Shown here: piece by piece, positions 18,880-29,479 of the stretch | Layout of the letters: every line of letters starts with the position of its first letter | How positions within the stretch are numbered: position 1 is the stretch's first letter | Assembly: GCA_965249575.1 (NCBI GenBank) | Contig: OZ252244.1 | Location: 1,312,001-1,376,000, forward strand | Length of the DNA: 64,000 bases | Source: Gemmatimonadales bacterium | Lineage (GTDB): Bacteria > Gemmatimonadota > Gemmatimonadetes > Gemmatimonadales > GWC2-71-9 | Reading direction: 5' to 3' | Position numbers and translations under genes: made by a program | Notes under the pieces: generated by a model | Seen by the model: the letters and a program-made list of their open reading frames with translations, nothing else | The model's database searches: none | Told to the model about the DNA's origin: nothing

Positions 18880-21257
18880 CTAGCGTGCAGACTCGGAGAG
18901 TCTTGCCAGCAGGTCCTGCAAGGTTTGGGGAGCGGTCTTCGCTTTCGCTGTAATCAGGAAGCCTCCGTACCGGGCCGTGCCCGCGGACGAACCCGATGCA
19001 TCGGGCGAAGGCGCCACCCGAATCGCGCTGACACGCTCGTTCCCCCGGCTGCGCTGGCCGGCTCGGTTCAGGAAAGCAGGCCGGCTTATGACTAGCTCGA
19101 GTCGTTGGCCACCATCCAGAACCTGCGCAACCCGGATGCCGGCACGGGCCCCGGTCGCCGCCTTGGCAATGCTCTCCACCCGGAGTACGGGGACGGTCAC
19201 GATAGGACGACCGAGCAACTCTTCGGCTTCCCCGCGGTCGATCGGAACCCATTCGCCGGTTCTGAGCTCTGGATCTCCGGTTGGAGGAACAGGGTTCGGA
19301 GAGGCGGCCGGAGCAGCCGCAACGGGCGCCCGTGGCGCCGGCGCCTGGACCGCGGGTTTGTCGAGGCGAACGACCAGTGACGCAACCTCCCCGGCTTGGG
19401 CTATGACGGCGGATGTCGCGAAGGTGTACCCGGGGAGCGCGGCAGTGACCTTGAGCTCTCCCGGTGGAAGGCCCGGCAGCGTATAGCTTCCATCTCCCGC
19501 CGTCGTCGCCGAGACCGCGACCCCCGCGACAGAAACGCGGGCCCCTGCAAGGGGGCGATTCGTTCCCGCCTCGAGCACGCTCCCCGACACGGTCGCGACC
19601 TGTTGCGCTGCCTGGGCCGGGGGGGGGGTGGGCAGGGGGGTCTGCGCCGGGGGACGTACCACCGCCACGGCCCGCCGACCCTCAGGCGGCCGGGATACCG
19701 GAGCGGGAGTTGCCGGACGGCCCGGTGGAACGGACCGGCGTGCCGGCGGCTCCCGGACGGCGGGAGCCGGTGCTCGCGAGACGAGTGCCGCGGATGCAGC
19801 CGGAGGAACCGACGGCACTGGGGGCTCGGCGCCAGCCGAGTCGGTGGAGACGGCGTCGGTCACGCCACCCGAATCCCCCTCCGCCAGGGCAGGCCCCACT
19901 GCGGCACCAGCGGCGTTCGATCCTGTCTCACCAGCCGGCCCTAGCGAGACATCCGCCGGGCGCGTTGCCACGGTCACATTCCCAGGAGCACCGCCGGCTA
20001 CCAGCGAGGCCCGCGTGGCAACGATGAGGGGCCAGAAGTACCAGGCCGTCCCAGCTACGAGGGCGACGACCGCCGCGGCCGCCAGCCACGACCCGGGCCC
20101 CCTCCGGCGATCCCGCGGTGGGGCCGGTACAGAGCCCCCGGCCGGAATAGGGGCAGTGTCGATCTGAGGGACTACCCCGATTGAGGAATCGGGGCGGAGG
20201 CACCAGGTTTTTTTCGATCCCCTTTCCGGCGCCCGTACTGGGCCCCACGCTCCGGATTGGGGGGAGCCTTGGCCACCGCGGGAACCACCTCGGTGGTCTC
20301 CGCTTCGCTCGTCGAAACGGAAGGCGCGGCGGCGCCCTGCCTGGCCGCCGTCAACGCAGCCGCCGGTCGCCGCACCGCGGTCCGTTCCACTGTGCGCTCA
20401 CCCGGTTCACCCTGGACGGAGACAGCCGGTCGGGCCGGACCCGGCCGTGCCGCGGGCGGCGATGCTGGCCGTCCCGGCGAGGTCGTTTCCTTGCGCCGCT
20501 TACCGCCCTTCGTCTTGCCGGAACGTGCGGCTCGCTTGCTCTGGACCTTCGTCACCGGTGGGGCGGGGGGCGGGGGCTGTCCCCTGACAACTGCTGGACG
20601 GTCCTTGATCTCCGATGTCAACAGCTCCGGGTCCTGCTGCTCGAGCTCTCCGATCTGCCTCAGCACCTTTCTGACCTCAGTGAGCCGTTCCGAGCAGACC
20701 GCACACTCGAGGATGTGGTCGCCTGTCTCCTTGCGAAGGTTCGGGTCTTCGAAGGCCGCCTGATACGTCAGGTACGCTCGGAGCGCACCCTCGTCCAGGT
20801 GCGGCGCCTCCCGCGACGCGCGTGCCTCCGTGAGACGCTTCGAGCAATGCGTGCAGTCGAGGATGTGCTGCGCGGATTTCCGCCGGACGGCGGGATCGGC
20901 AAACTGCTCTTGATGCGTGAGGTAGGCCCACACCTGATCGTCGTCCAGGTGCTGGACGCTCATCGTCTTGCGGGTTTCCGTGAGCCGTTTGGAACACTGG
21001 GTGCAGTTGGCGATGTGCACCCCCATCTGCCGCCGGGCTTCCTTATCGGCGAACTCTTCCTGGCGCGTCAGGTAGGCCTGGACCTGCCGCTCATCCAGAT
21101 GAGCCACGCTTCGGCCCTGCTGAGCCTCTTTCAGGCGGCGGGCGCAGTCCGGACAGTCGACAATGTGTTGGGCCGAGGCCCGCCGCACCGCAGGATCACC
21201 AAACTCCTGCGAGTGTTCGAGATAGGCCCGCAGCTTTTGGTCATCCAAGTGCTGCAT
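18880..21257 (-). CDS. Membrane protein: 4x zf-HC2-like zinc anti-sigma repeats, linker, TM helix, carboxypeptidase-regulatory-like domain (one frameshift near 20175)
   Basis: Four 50-aa repeats HLD..(L/V).AYL...H(I)..C..C; adding one base to the C4 run at 20175-20178 joins ORF 20172-21257 to the frame with WLAAAAVVALVAGTAWYFW and VSGSVLEAGTNRPLAGARV. Confidence 0.75.
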
Positions 21258-21299
21258 TCACTCCTCCCGGGAGCCGCCGGGACACGGCGCGCGTCGCCA

Positions 21300-21505
21300 C
21301 GGGAATCGGGCAATAGTCGCGCCACTGACAGTATGTTGCGAATCGGGTCAGGGGGGAAGGCAGGTGGGGCAAGCGGCGACCGGCGAGTGTCCAGTGGCGA
21401 ACCGCGAATCCGAATGCAGGGTGGCGGGTGGGGTAACAGCCGGGAGTCACTCCCTAGTGCTACCCCTCCTCCCCTACTTCCCGCTCCCAACTCACTACTA
21501 CCGAC
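21300..21505. repeat. Degenerate ~7-nt tandem units, G-rich then C-rich
   Basis: gcggcga ccggcga gtgtcca gtggcga accgcga; ttcccgc tcccaac tcactac taccgac. Confidence 0.4.
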
Positions 21506-22888
21506 TCACCTAGTGCTTATTCTCGCCGGCTCGGGCGCCCCATCCGGACCGTTGTCCCAGTCCTGGGCGCTCGAGACGTTCGGCATGCCCCATTGGTGAC
21601 CGTTCCAACCGTCAAACCCGTTCATCTTGAACGCCCAGAAACCGGAGTTGTAGTCGCTCACGACGATGAGGCCGTCGGCGTTTCGCACGTCGATGCCCCA
21701 GACACCGTCATAGATTCCCCCTCCCGTGCCGATGGCGCCGCCGAGATTCCTGCCGAACAGCTCCGGTCCTTCCTTCGTATCATAGTAGGCAACCGTGTAC
21801 GGGTTAGACGGATCCATGATGTTCAGCACCTGGAGCGCGTCGTCTTGTGCGGCTATGAAAGCGTATGGCCACCGCACTTCGTGATTGTGAGAAACCCCAT
21901 TCCACTTGGCAATCCAGGCGCCCACCGGACGCGATATGGTCTCCACGTCTCCATCCAGCCCTGGCTTCAGATCGAACATTCTCATGGGTGAGTGCTGGTA
22001 CGTAGGCGCTGACATGGCAAGCGCGTATCGACCGTCCGGGGTGGGCGTGAAGGTGTGGCCGTTCGCAACGCCGGCAACACCCGTGACCGACGTGACGAGT
22101 TTGGGCGCCTCTGGGCGGCTCACGTCGTAAACGTAGAACCCTCGCGCACCCCCGCCATAGAACTTGTCTTGCCGAGTAGTGGGGTCGTACCCGACATAGA
22201 AGTCGTGATATCCACCCTGCGGGCCGCTCAGTGCTCCGCGGTTGGGTTCGTTGCCGGGAACCGGCACACGAGCGACCAGCGCCCGGACCGGATTTCCTCC
22301 TACCAACCGCTCCACATCGTAGACGTACGCCTCCGCCCCGGTCGTCGTCGCGAAGAGTAGCGCCCGGCCGTCGGAATGCTTGTACGCAAAGAGATTGTGA
22401 AATCCCCCCGGCACTTCTGGCGCCCGGATCCGCACTACTTCACGAATCGAGGCGGTGTCAGGCAGCTCCGTGACATCGAAGATCACGGCGCCCAGATCGG
22501 CATCCGGACCGCTCGATCGAAACTGGAAGGACTGGATATCGTAGTACCGCCCGCGGAGCTTGACGTACTTGTTGTCCTGCCCGCTGCCAACGTGCAAATC
22601 GGGGTTTTCGATGATCCAGCGATAGAGTATGCGCGCCTTGGCGGGATCCTTTAGGTCGATGATGAAGAATCCCGCGTCCTTGAAGCGGTTGGCGACGTAC
22701 GCGTAGGGGCGGGATAATTCTTGTTCGATCTCTATGTCTGCGGTCTTGAACCGAACTCCCGGAAGCGTAACGTGTGACAGGATGCGGATGTTGCTGCTGC
22801 CCTGCTCACCCGGCGGGCGCTGCGCGGGCAATCCCTCTGCCAAGAGCGTTGCCACAGCCGCCACCATGACCGTCAAAGGCCGTTTCAT
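21506..22888 (-). CDS. Secreted LVIVD-like beta-propeller family protein, paralog P6
   Basis: Start MKRPLTV with GGAGG RBS; same conserved motifs. Confidence 0.85.
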   Translation of the reverse strand: MKRPLTVMVAAVATLLAEGLPAQRPPGEQGSSNIRILSHVTLPGVRFKTADIEIEQELSRPYAYVANRFKDAGFFIIDLKDPAKARILYRWIIENPDLHVGSGQDNKYVKLRGRYYDIQSFQFRSSGPDADLGAVIFDVTELPDTASIREVVRIRAPEVPGGFHNLFAYKHSDGRALLFATTTGAEAYVYDVERLVGGNPVRALVARVPVPGNEPNRGALSGPQGGYHDFYVGYDPTTRQDKFYGGGARGFYVYDVSRPEAPKLVTSVTGVAGVANGHTFTPTPDGRYALAMSAPTYQHSPMRMFDLKPGLDGDVETISRPVGAWIAKWNGVSHNHEVRWPYAFIAAQDDALQVLNIMDPSNPYTVAYYDTKEGPELFGRNLGGAIGTGGGIYDGVWGIDVRNADGLIVVSDYNSGFWAFKMNGFDGWNGHQWGMPNVSSAQDWDNGPDGAPEPARISTR

Positions 22889-22993
22889 TGGGCACCTCCA
22901 GCTCAATACTGCGCACCGCGGCTGGGTTTCTCGCGCGCTCCGCGACAGTCGGTAGCTACGCCCAGGCGGGCCGAAAACTCAGTTGCCGGATTA

Positions 22994-23392
22994 CTATCGT
23001 GTCGCCTTCTCGCTATGGATTTCGGTGGTCAACTCAGCCCCGCTCAGCAGAACGAGGATCCCCGCCAGCGCCCAGAGTATGACCAGGCCGTGAGTCGGCA
23101 ACGACAGATGTCCGAACACCAACCAACCCGCGAGAGCGAGTCCGAAACAGAGATTGATGCTGAGCGCCCCAAGTAGTCCTAACCCTCGGGATCCATGCGC
23201 CGGACCGAAGCGTTCAATCATGAGCGAAATGCCGATACCGAACAACACCGCTCCGAACACGCTCGGGTAGAAGCCATTACCGATATCCGAAAGGCCGAGC
23301 CAGGACGCCAGGCGCACCGGAGTAGCTAGAAGCAAGATGCCTAGCAGTAGGTTTCCAATCGCGTCGAACAGCAAGAGATCCGAACGTCGCAT
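22994..23392 (-). CDS. Hypothetical membrane protein (~4 TM)
   Basis: 132 aa with four hydrophobic segments. Confidence 0.7.
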   Translation of the reverse strand: MRRSDLLLFDAIGNLLLGILLLATPVRLASWLGLSDIGNGFYPSVFGAVLFGIGISLMIERFGPAHGSRGLGLLGALSINLCFGLALAGWLVFGHLSLPTHGLVILWALAGILVLLSGAELTTEIHSEKATR

Positions 23393-23517
23393 GGGCGCTT
23401 CCGAGGCATTCTCCAGCTCGAGTACGTGCCGGCGGCCTGTGCCCGCCGGCGAGGAAACCGGATTAACGGTCCCGAGCGTTCGTGCTGCCTCCTCGAACGG
23501 AAGATCGATTCAAGCGG

Positions 23518-24153
23518 TCAGTTCTTGTCGTCGGTGAACTTCTTGTGCCAGTGCGTGCCGTCGCAGAATGGTTTGTTTTTCGACCCACCACAGCGGCACA
23601 GAGTGAAGTGCTCCCGCGAAGCCCCCTCGCCGAATTCCGTTTCAGGAAGTTCGGGCCCGCCGCTCATGACATACGGGCCGTTCGGAGATATAAAGACCGC
23701 AGGTTCCCCGTCGCGATCGCGATGTTCGACCCCGCCCATCGAATAACTGAGAGCACCCGATGGACAGGTGCGGACGGTGGCGATGATCTCCTCACTCGTC
23801 GCTCCGTCCGGCACGATCCAGGGCTCCTGCTTGAGGCGAAAGACAGCGGGACGGCCGTCAGTGCAGCGACCGGCATGGGCGCAGATGCCTCGGTTGTCGT
23901 GGACGGTAATACCCGGGCCTTCGTAGCTGTCCGGCTTGTCCGGCACGCGACCGTCGAGCTTGGCGGACGAGAATCCGATCTTCGCGTGGGTGCCGTCGCA
24001 GAACGGCTTGTTCGCCGACCCGCCACACCGACAGAGCGCGATGGTCTTGCTCGTCTCGACGGGCCCCTTTCGATTGGCAAGCTTTGTCAGGCCCTTCACG
24101 ATGTACGGGCCGTTGGGTGAGGGCTGGATTGAAGGCTTTGAATCTGAGCTCAT
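23518..24153 (-). CDS. CDGSH iron-sulfur protein (CDGSH - Fe-S binding domain - CDGSH)
   Basis: Two LCRCGGS.NKPFCDGTH motifs flanking CAHAGRC...CPSGAL. Confidence 0.9.
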   Translation of the reverse strand: MSSDSKPSIQPSPNGPYIVKGLTKLANRKGPVETSKTIALCRCGGSANKPFCDGTHAKIGFSSAKLDGRVPDKPDSYEGPGITVHDNRGICAHAGRCTDGRPAVFRLKQEPWIVPDGATSEEIIATVRTCPSGALSYSMGGVEHRDRDGEPAVFISPNGPYVMSGGPELPETEFGEGASREHFTLCRCGGSKNKPFCDGTHWHKKFTDDKN

Positions 24154-24167
24154 TGATGGCCTCGAGT

Positions 24168-24338
24168 CTAGAACTCGCGCTTCTTCATCTCGTTGAAGAG
24201 TTTGCGCCGCTCGGCATCGTCTTCGTCGCCGGAAAGCGTATCGTCGAACTGCCGCTGCGTGTTCTTCTTCTGCTTGGCCGCTTTCGCGGCGTTCTTCTTC
24301 ACCAACGCTTCGAGTTTCCGCTCGTCGCTCTTTGACAT
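24168..24338 (-). CDS. Small highly charged hypothetical protein (56 aa)
   Basis: Manual: GGAG RBS, MSKSDERKLEALVKKNAAKAAKQKKNTQRQFDDTLSGDEDDAERRKLFNEMKKREF; ends 14 bp before the CDGSH gene start. Confidence 0.6.
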   Translation of the reverse strand: MSKSDERKLEALVKKNAAKAAKQKKNTQRQFDDTLSGDEDDAERRKLFNEMKKREF

Positions 24339-24442
24339 CACCACTCCAAGGAAAACCAGTCGATCTTAAGGATGGCGCGTGAGCGGCCGTGAGTCCAGCG
24401 GCGATCCGGACCGCGATCTTTCGCACGGCCAACTTCTCCGGG

Positions 24443-24984
24443 TCACGGCGAGAGCGAGGACTTGACCCGACGAACCTGGGCCGCGTGTCGGTCCATATGA
24501 AATCGCAGGAACTCGTGTCGCTGTCGAGCGTCGAGCGGACCGGAGATCGGGTGTGGATAAATGACGCTTTCCAGGTCGAGCCCGGCGAGTTGCCCCGCCA
24601 GCGCCTCCAGCGTGACCCGACAGCTCTCTAGGCACGCCGCCCAGAAAGCCGTCGGTCCCCCCCAGCGCGGCTGCGCAACGTCCGGAGCGGTTTCTTGTTG
24701 GGCCTCCACGTTTCGGCAACGATCGTTTCGATGGACTTGCCCCGGTGGACTGGGTCGCCGGTCCACTCCGGATGGCCAGCCCGTACACTGGCCGCCGCCC
24801 GCCAGACACGGTTGATACCCGCCAGTTCGGCCAGCACCAGGTGCTCCAGGATCTCCGCGATGCTCCACTGGTCGGGTGCCGGCTTGAGCGAGCCGGCATC
24901 ATCCAACAGGTCGCGCACCTCGATACACACGCGCCGCCGCGCTTCCGCGGCATCGCGGATCAAGCGGCGGACGCTTTCGCTCAT
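24443..24984 (-). CDS. DinB family protein (frameshift near 24700)
   Basis: WSIAEILEHL in the first frame; HPISGPL...FHMDRHAAQ in the second. Confidence 0.75.
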
Positions 24985-24987
24985 CGG

Positions 24988-26328
24988 CTACCGAGCTGAC
25001 ACCTTCTGCGGTTTTGGCGCCCCGTCAGGTCCATTGTCCCAGTCCTGCGCACTCGAGATGTTCGGCAATCCCCATTGATGCCCGTTCCATCCGTCGAATC
25101 CATCCATCTTGAACACCCCGAGCCCAGAGCCGCTGGTCACGATCAGCCCGTCAGCATTCCGCACATCGATGCCAAACGTCCGTCCACCCTGGAGCTTCAC
25201 ACCCGGCGCGGAGTCGTAGTATCCAACCGTGTACGGGTTCGCCGGGTCCATCATGTTGAAGACATGGAACTCGTCGTCGTTCGTGGCGACGAAGACGTAG
25301 GGCCAGCGAACCTCGTGGTTGTGGGGCAGCCCGTCCCAACTCGCTGTCCACGCGCCGATCGGCCGCGAGATGTTCTTGACCTCCCCGTTCAGGCCGGGCT
25401 TTAAGTCGAACACCCGAAGCGGTGCGTAGGTATACTCCGTTTCGGCGATTGCGTAACGGCCTGTCGGATCGGGCGTGAACGTGTGGCCCCACTTGACCCC
25501 GGCGACACCGGTGATCGACGTTACCAACTTGGGCTCAGCGACGTTCGTGATGTCGAAGACGTAATACCCGCCCTGGCCCGGACCGTAGAAGAGGTCGCGT
25601 TGCGTGGCGGGATCGTAGCCTACATAGAAGTCGTGATACGCATATCGGACGTACCCCGGCGTGTTTGGCTCAAAGCTATTGATGTCACCTAGCGGCACCT
25701 TTCCGACGATCGCGCGATGCGGGTCGCCGCTGACGACCAGATCGATGTCATAGATGTAGGCGTAGGGGCTATAGGTGCTCGTGATCAACAGCGCCCGGCC
25801 GTCTGAGTGCTTGTAGGCGAACATGTTGTGGAAGCCGCCCCGCGCCTCGGGCGCTCGAATGCGCACCAACTCCTCGATCGTCGAGGTATCGGGGAGCCCC
25901 GTGACATCGAACACGATGGCCCCGAGGTCGGTATCGGGCCCTCGGCCGTCACGGTACTGAAAGGACTGCGCGAAGTAGTACCGGCCGTGACTCTTCAGAT
26001 ACATGGGCTCGAGCGAGTTCCCGACGTGCAGCTCCCAATCCTCAAGCTGCCAAGTGTAGATGCGCTCGGGCTGCGTCGGGCTCCCGAGGTCGAAGATGTG
26101 AAACCCATGATGGCTGCCGGTGCCGACGTACGCGTACGGGCGGGACAACTCCTGCTCAATCTTGATGTCGGTCAAGCGCCCCGGGACGTGGCCAACGACG
26201 TGGATGTTGCGGCTGGACTGTTGGCCTGCCACCGAGGCGGACCCGCCACTCATCTGCGCCAGGGTAGGCGGAGCCGGGATGACAACGCACAGCAGCACGG
26301 CCGCCGCCAGGCAAGTCGATCTGTTCAT
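24988..26328 (-). CDS. Secreted LVIVD-like beta-propeller family protein, paralog P7 (most divergent)
   Basis: Start MNRSTCLAAAV; His motifs and C-terminal tail retained; several loops shortened. Confidence 0.85.
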   Translation of the reverse strand: MNRSTCLAAAVLLCVVIPAPPTLAQMSGGSASVAGQQSSRNIHVVGHVPGRLTDIKIEQELSRPYAYVGTGSHHGFHIFDLGSPTQPERIYTWQLEDWELHVGNSLEPMYLKSHGRYYFAQSFQYRDGRGPDTDLGAIVFDVTGLPDTSTIEELVRIRAPEARGGFHNMFAYKHSDGRALLITSTYSPYAYIYDIDLVVSGDPHRAIVGKVPLGDINSFEPNTPGYVRYAYHDFYVGYDPATQRDLFYGPGQGGYYVFDITNVAEPKLVTSITGVAGVKWGHTFTPDPTGRYAIAETEYTYAPLRVFDLKPGLNGEVKNISRPIGAWTASWDGLPHNHEVRWPYVFVATNDDEFHVFNMMDPANPYTVGYYDSAPGVKLQGGRTFGIDVRNADGLIVTSGSGLGVFKMDGFDGWNGHQWGLPNISSAQDWDNGPDGAPKPQKVSAR

Positions 26329-26501
26329 ATGGACCTCGGACGAAGAGATGAGCGGTGATGAGCGGGAGCCCACCGGTATCTTCACACCCCGTTGCGACGG
26401 GCGCAATGGCCGCCCGTTCCCCGGAACGCGGCTCGACGCGCATTGCTTCCGACGGTCCCGCTCGATACCGTCCAGGCACCACACACCTCGCGGGAGCACT
26501 A

Positions 26502-27881
26502 ATGAAGAAGCATCAAGCGACGTCTGCCAAAGGCACGGTGACGCGTCGGGGGTTCGTCCACGCCGGCATGGCCGGTGCGGCAGCCTGGACACTGTCACCG
26601 CAGATACTCGGTAAAGAGCTGGTGGGCGGGATGGGACCGGACGACGCCCTCGCGATCGCCACCCGCAGGCGTGATGACCTGGTAGATCTCTTGTCGCAGC
26701 TGATCTCCATTCGCAGTCACTCCGGCGAATCGGCCGAGGTGGCGCAGGACATCGTCAAGGGATATCTGTCACAGCTCCCGTACCGGATCGAAGCGTCCGC
26801 CGACCGGCCGAGCCGATTCGCGGAACATGCCGAGTTCATGCCACCGAACCCACCCGGCGATGGGCCGTTCGTCAACGTCGTGGGTCGGCCTCGCCGAGCG
26901 ACTGGGTCTCAGCTCGCGTTGTTCGCCCACATCGACACTCACATTCCCGAGGACGGTTGGACGACCGATCCGTACGAGCCGGTCGTTCGTGACGGCCTCC
27001 TTCACGGCCTGGGAACAGCCGATGACAAGGGAGGCGTCGCCGCCATGCTGGTCGCAGCGGCGGCGCTGGCGGAGGCCGGAGGCCCGGCGCCGGTTGTCAT
27101 GAGTCTCCACGGGAAGGGCGGTGGCAGTCGCGGAAGCCTCCCGGTGTTCGCGCGTCTCCGGGAGTCGGGTGAGAAGCTGGACGCCGTGCTCTATGTCCAC
27201 CCCGCTGAGACCGGACACGGCCTGCGCGATATCAAGCACGTCGTCGATGGGTCGCTCGACGTCACCCTCGCCGTAACAGGTTGGCGGGGGGAACAGCGCG
27301 AGGTCAACCGCCCGGATTCCGCTCCATGGGAAGACGGCGGAAACGCCCTGGAGGCTTGCTGGCGAGCGATCGACCATTTGAAACGGGGGCCGCTCTCGCA
27401 GGCGAGGGTCAACGTCGGCCGGCTGGAGGGGGGAAACCGCAGCGGAGCTGTGCCCGAGACGGCACGCGCGCAGATGCGGATTCTCTTCCAGGGAGAGCAC
27501 ACTTGGGGGACCTTGCTGGCGTCGCTTCGCCAGGAACTGGACGCGTTCATCGCGAACCTGCCAACCGGCGAGGGGGCGTTTCGCGCCTCCATCGAGCCCG
27601 CGGGACTCCGCTCCAACCCGGGGTCGGTCCCGTGGGACGCACCCACCTGCATGGTCCTGCGCCGAGCAATCGCGGAGGTAACGGGGTCCGAGCCCGCATC
27701 CTACCCACATCACTATGCGGGTGACATTCGGTATCCGCTTCGATTGCTCGGTGTTCCCGCGTTCGGAGTGGGATCGCTCGGCGGTAATTTCTACGGCGCC
27801 AACGAGTGGGTCGACATCGACGATCTCGTGCGCCTCGTCGCTGTGATCGTTCAGACCGTCTCGGGATGGGCCCGGCTCTGA
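26502..27881 (+). CDS. M20 family metallo-peptidase/deacylase with Tat signal
   Basis: TRRGFV twin-arginine motif; FAHIDT, GLGTADDKGG. Confidence 0.8.
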   Translation: MKKHQATSAKGTVTRRGFVHAGMAGAAAWTLSPQILGKELVGGMGPDDALAIATRRRDDLVDLLSQLISIRSHSGESAEVAQDIVKGYLSQLPYRIEASADRPSRFAEHAEFMPPNPPGDGPFVNVVGRPRRATGSQLALFAHIDTHIPEDGWTTDPYEPVVRDGLLHGLGTADDKGGVAAMLVAAAALAEAGGPAPVVMSLHGKGGGSRGSLPVFARLRESGEKLDAVLYVHPAETGHGLRDIKHVVDGSLDVTLAVTGWRGEQREVNRPDSAPWEDGGNALEACWRAIDHLKRGPLSQARVNVGRLEGGNRSGAVPETARAQMRILFQGEHTWGTLLASLRQELDAFIANLPTGEGAFRASIEPAGLRSNPGSVPWDAPTCMVLRRAIAEVTGSEPASYPHHYAGDIRYPLRLLGVPAFGVGSLGGNFYGANEWVDIDDLVRLVAVIVQTVSGWARL

Positions 27882-27956
27882 TCGGTTGAAAGTGAGTGGT
27901 GCGTCGTGAGTAGCCGCCCCCCACGTCGCGCGGAGGCTCCCGACTGATGACTCGCC

Positions 27957-28742
27957 CTAGAAGACCTCCTTGGCCCGGCACTCGGGGGCCACGGCATCGA
28001 TCCGCTTTGCCAACTCCGGCAGGTGGCGCGTAGGTACCGCCGGAAACCAGTGATGCTCCAAATGATAGAACATCTGGTAGGATAGGGTCGTCTTCCACCA
28101 ACCACGTTGGGTGCGCGCATAGAGCGTGTGACCCGCGCAGCCATGATGCACCGACCACACCGCGAAGAAGCCGGTCAGGCACTCCCCGAGCAACATCATG
28201 CTCACGTGAACCCGCGCCCAGTGGGGGACCGGAGTGAAAGCAGCCAGCAGGATGACGGCCGCGACGACTCCCAGTTCCGCTCGAATCCATTGCCGCTGCC
28301 AGACCTTCGATAGCCGGTATCCGGCCACGTGCAGATGGCCGATGAACCACGGACCGATCAGGATCGCGCGCCACCACGGCATGCGGGCCGTGACCGATTC
28401 GACGTCCGATGGCTTCATGCACTCCCGATGGTGATGCAGGTGGGTTGCCTGAATCGCGTGCATGCTGGAGACCATCAGGCTACTGCATATAGCGAGCACT
28501 GCGTCCTGCGCCCTGCGCGACAGTCCCAGCGTGTAGTGCTGGGCACCGTGCACGACGCGGAGTCCCGTGAGAAAGAAAAAGAAGGAGGCAACAGCCCCGA
28601 AGAGTAACCAGCCGCGGGAGTAGCAGATCGCCGACCCAATCAACCAAGGCAGCGGAAGCGACAGCTCCCTGAGGCTCTCCGTCTTCGCGACGTGCCTCAG
28701 ATCGGTCCAGCGGAGGCCGCGCAGAGCCGGCGGACGCGTCAT
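27957..28742 (-). CDS. Fatty acid desaturase family protein
   Basis: His boxes HGAQH, HLHHH, VHH, HLEHH. Confidence 0.85.
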   Translation of the reverse strand: MTRPPALRGLRWTDLRHVAKTESLRELSLPLPWLIGSAICYSRGWLLFGAVASFFFFLTGLRVVHGAQHYTLGLSRRAQDAVLAICSSLMVSSMHAIQATHLHHHRECMKPSDVESVTARMPWWRAILIGPWFIGHLHVAGYRLSKVWQRQWIRAELGVVAAVILLAAFTPVPHWARVHVSMMLLGECLTGFFAVWSVHHGCAGHTLYARTQRGWWKTTLSYQMFYHLEHHWFPAVPTRHLPELAKRIDAVAPECRAKEVF

Positions 28743-28819
28743 CGGCACGCCGAGCAGACTCGGCGAATGCAGGGCCCACTCAGCAAGGGAGTTGTTTCCA
28801 AGAGGATTTGCGTCAGGCG

Positions 28820-29479
28820 TTAGGGCTCGGCCGATCGTGTGAGTCGGTGGCGCTCCACCCACCCCGCCCACAACGGCAGTATCCATATCGCGAGAGCGAC
28901 CAAGGCCACTGCGGTGGCACTAGGTGGAGGAGGAGACCACGGCTGGGAGATCCATATCCCTCCAGTCAATGCGACGAGGCCCCAGAGCGCCCATCGGCCC
29001 AGCGGTCCGGCCGGCTTCACTCTATACGCGTACAGAGCGACGGCTCCCGCAAAGAAGGCTCCCTCGACGAGGATCGTCCCCGCGATCGAGTTCCACAGGC
29101 CCAACCCCACCCTCGGTCCTCCCGCCCAGAGCGGCAGGTCCGGACGATGGGTGAAGAAATCCAGCACCCAGTGACTGAACACGACCGCCCCCAGAATCCA
29201 GGCGGCTCGCCCATCCCGGAGAATCGCACGGGCTATCAACCCGACGACGACGCCCCACAGGATAGCCATCACGAGGCTATGGCTCCAGGGATATGCTTCG
29301 AAGGCCAGCGGAGTGAAAGCCGTGTTCCCCGGCTCCACCCGAACCACCTCAATCCCGGTGAGCACCAACAGAGGCCACAACAGATCCAGTCCAAAGGAGG
29401 CGGCGACGAGCCCTGCCAGTGGTACGCGCGGTTCAACCGCCTTCGTAGCGAATGCTACGGCTAGGTGTCCTACGAACAT
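28820..29479 (-). CDS. Membrane metal-dependent hydrolase family protein
   Basis: MFVGH, YPWSHSL, SHWVLDFFTHRPDLP. Confidence 0.75.
   Translation of the reverse strand: MFVGHLAVAFATKAVEPRVPLAGLVAASFGLDLLWPLLVLTGIEVVRVEPGNTAFTPLAFEAYPWSHSLVMAILWGVVVGLIARAILRDGRAAWILGAVVFSHWVLDFFTHRPDLPLWAGGPRVGLGLWNSIAGTILVEGAFFAGAVALYAYRVKPAGPLGRWALWGLVALTGGIWISQPWSPPPPSATAVALVALAIWILPLWAGWVERHRLTRSAEP

Noticed and set aside
581..26328. Diversity-generating retroelement acting on the paralogs
   Set aside because: No reverse transcriptase or template repeat; C-termini are conserved rather than variable; variation includes indels and is not adenine-specific
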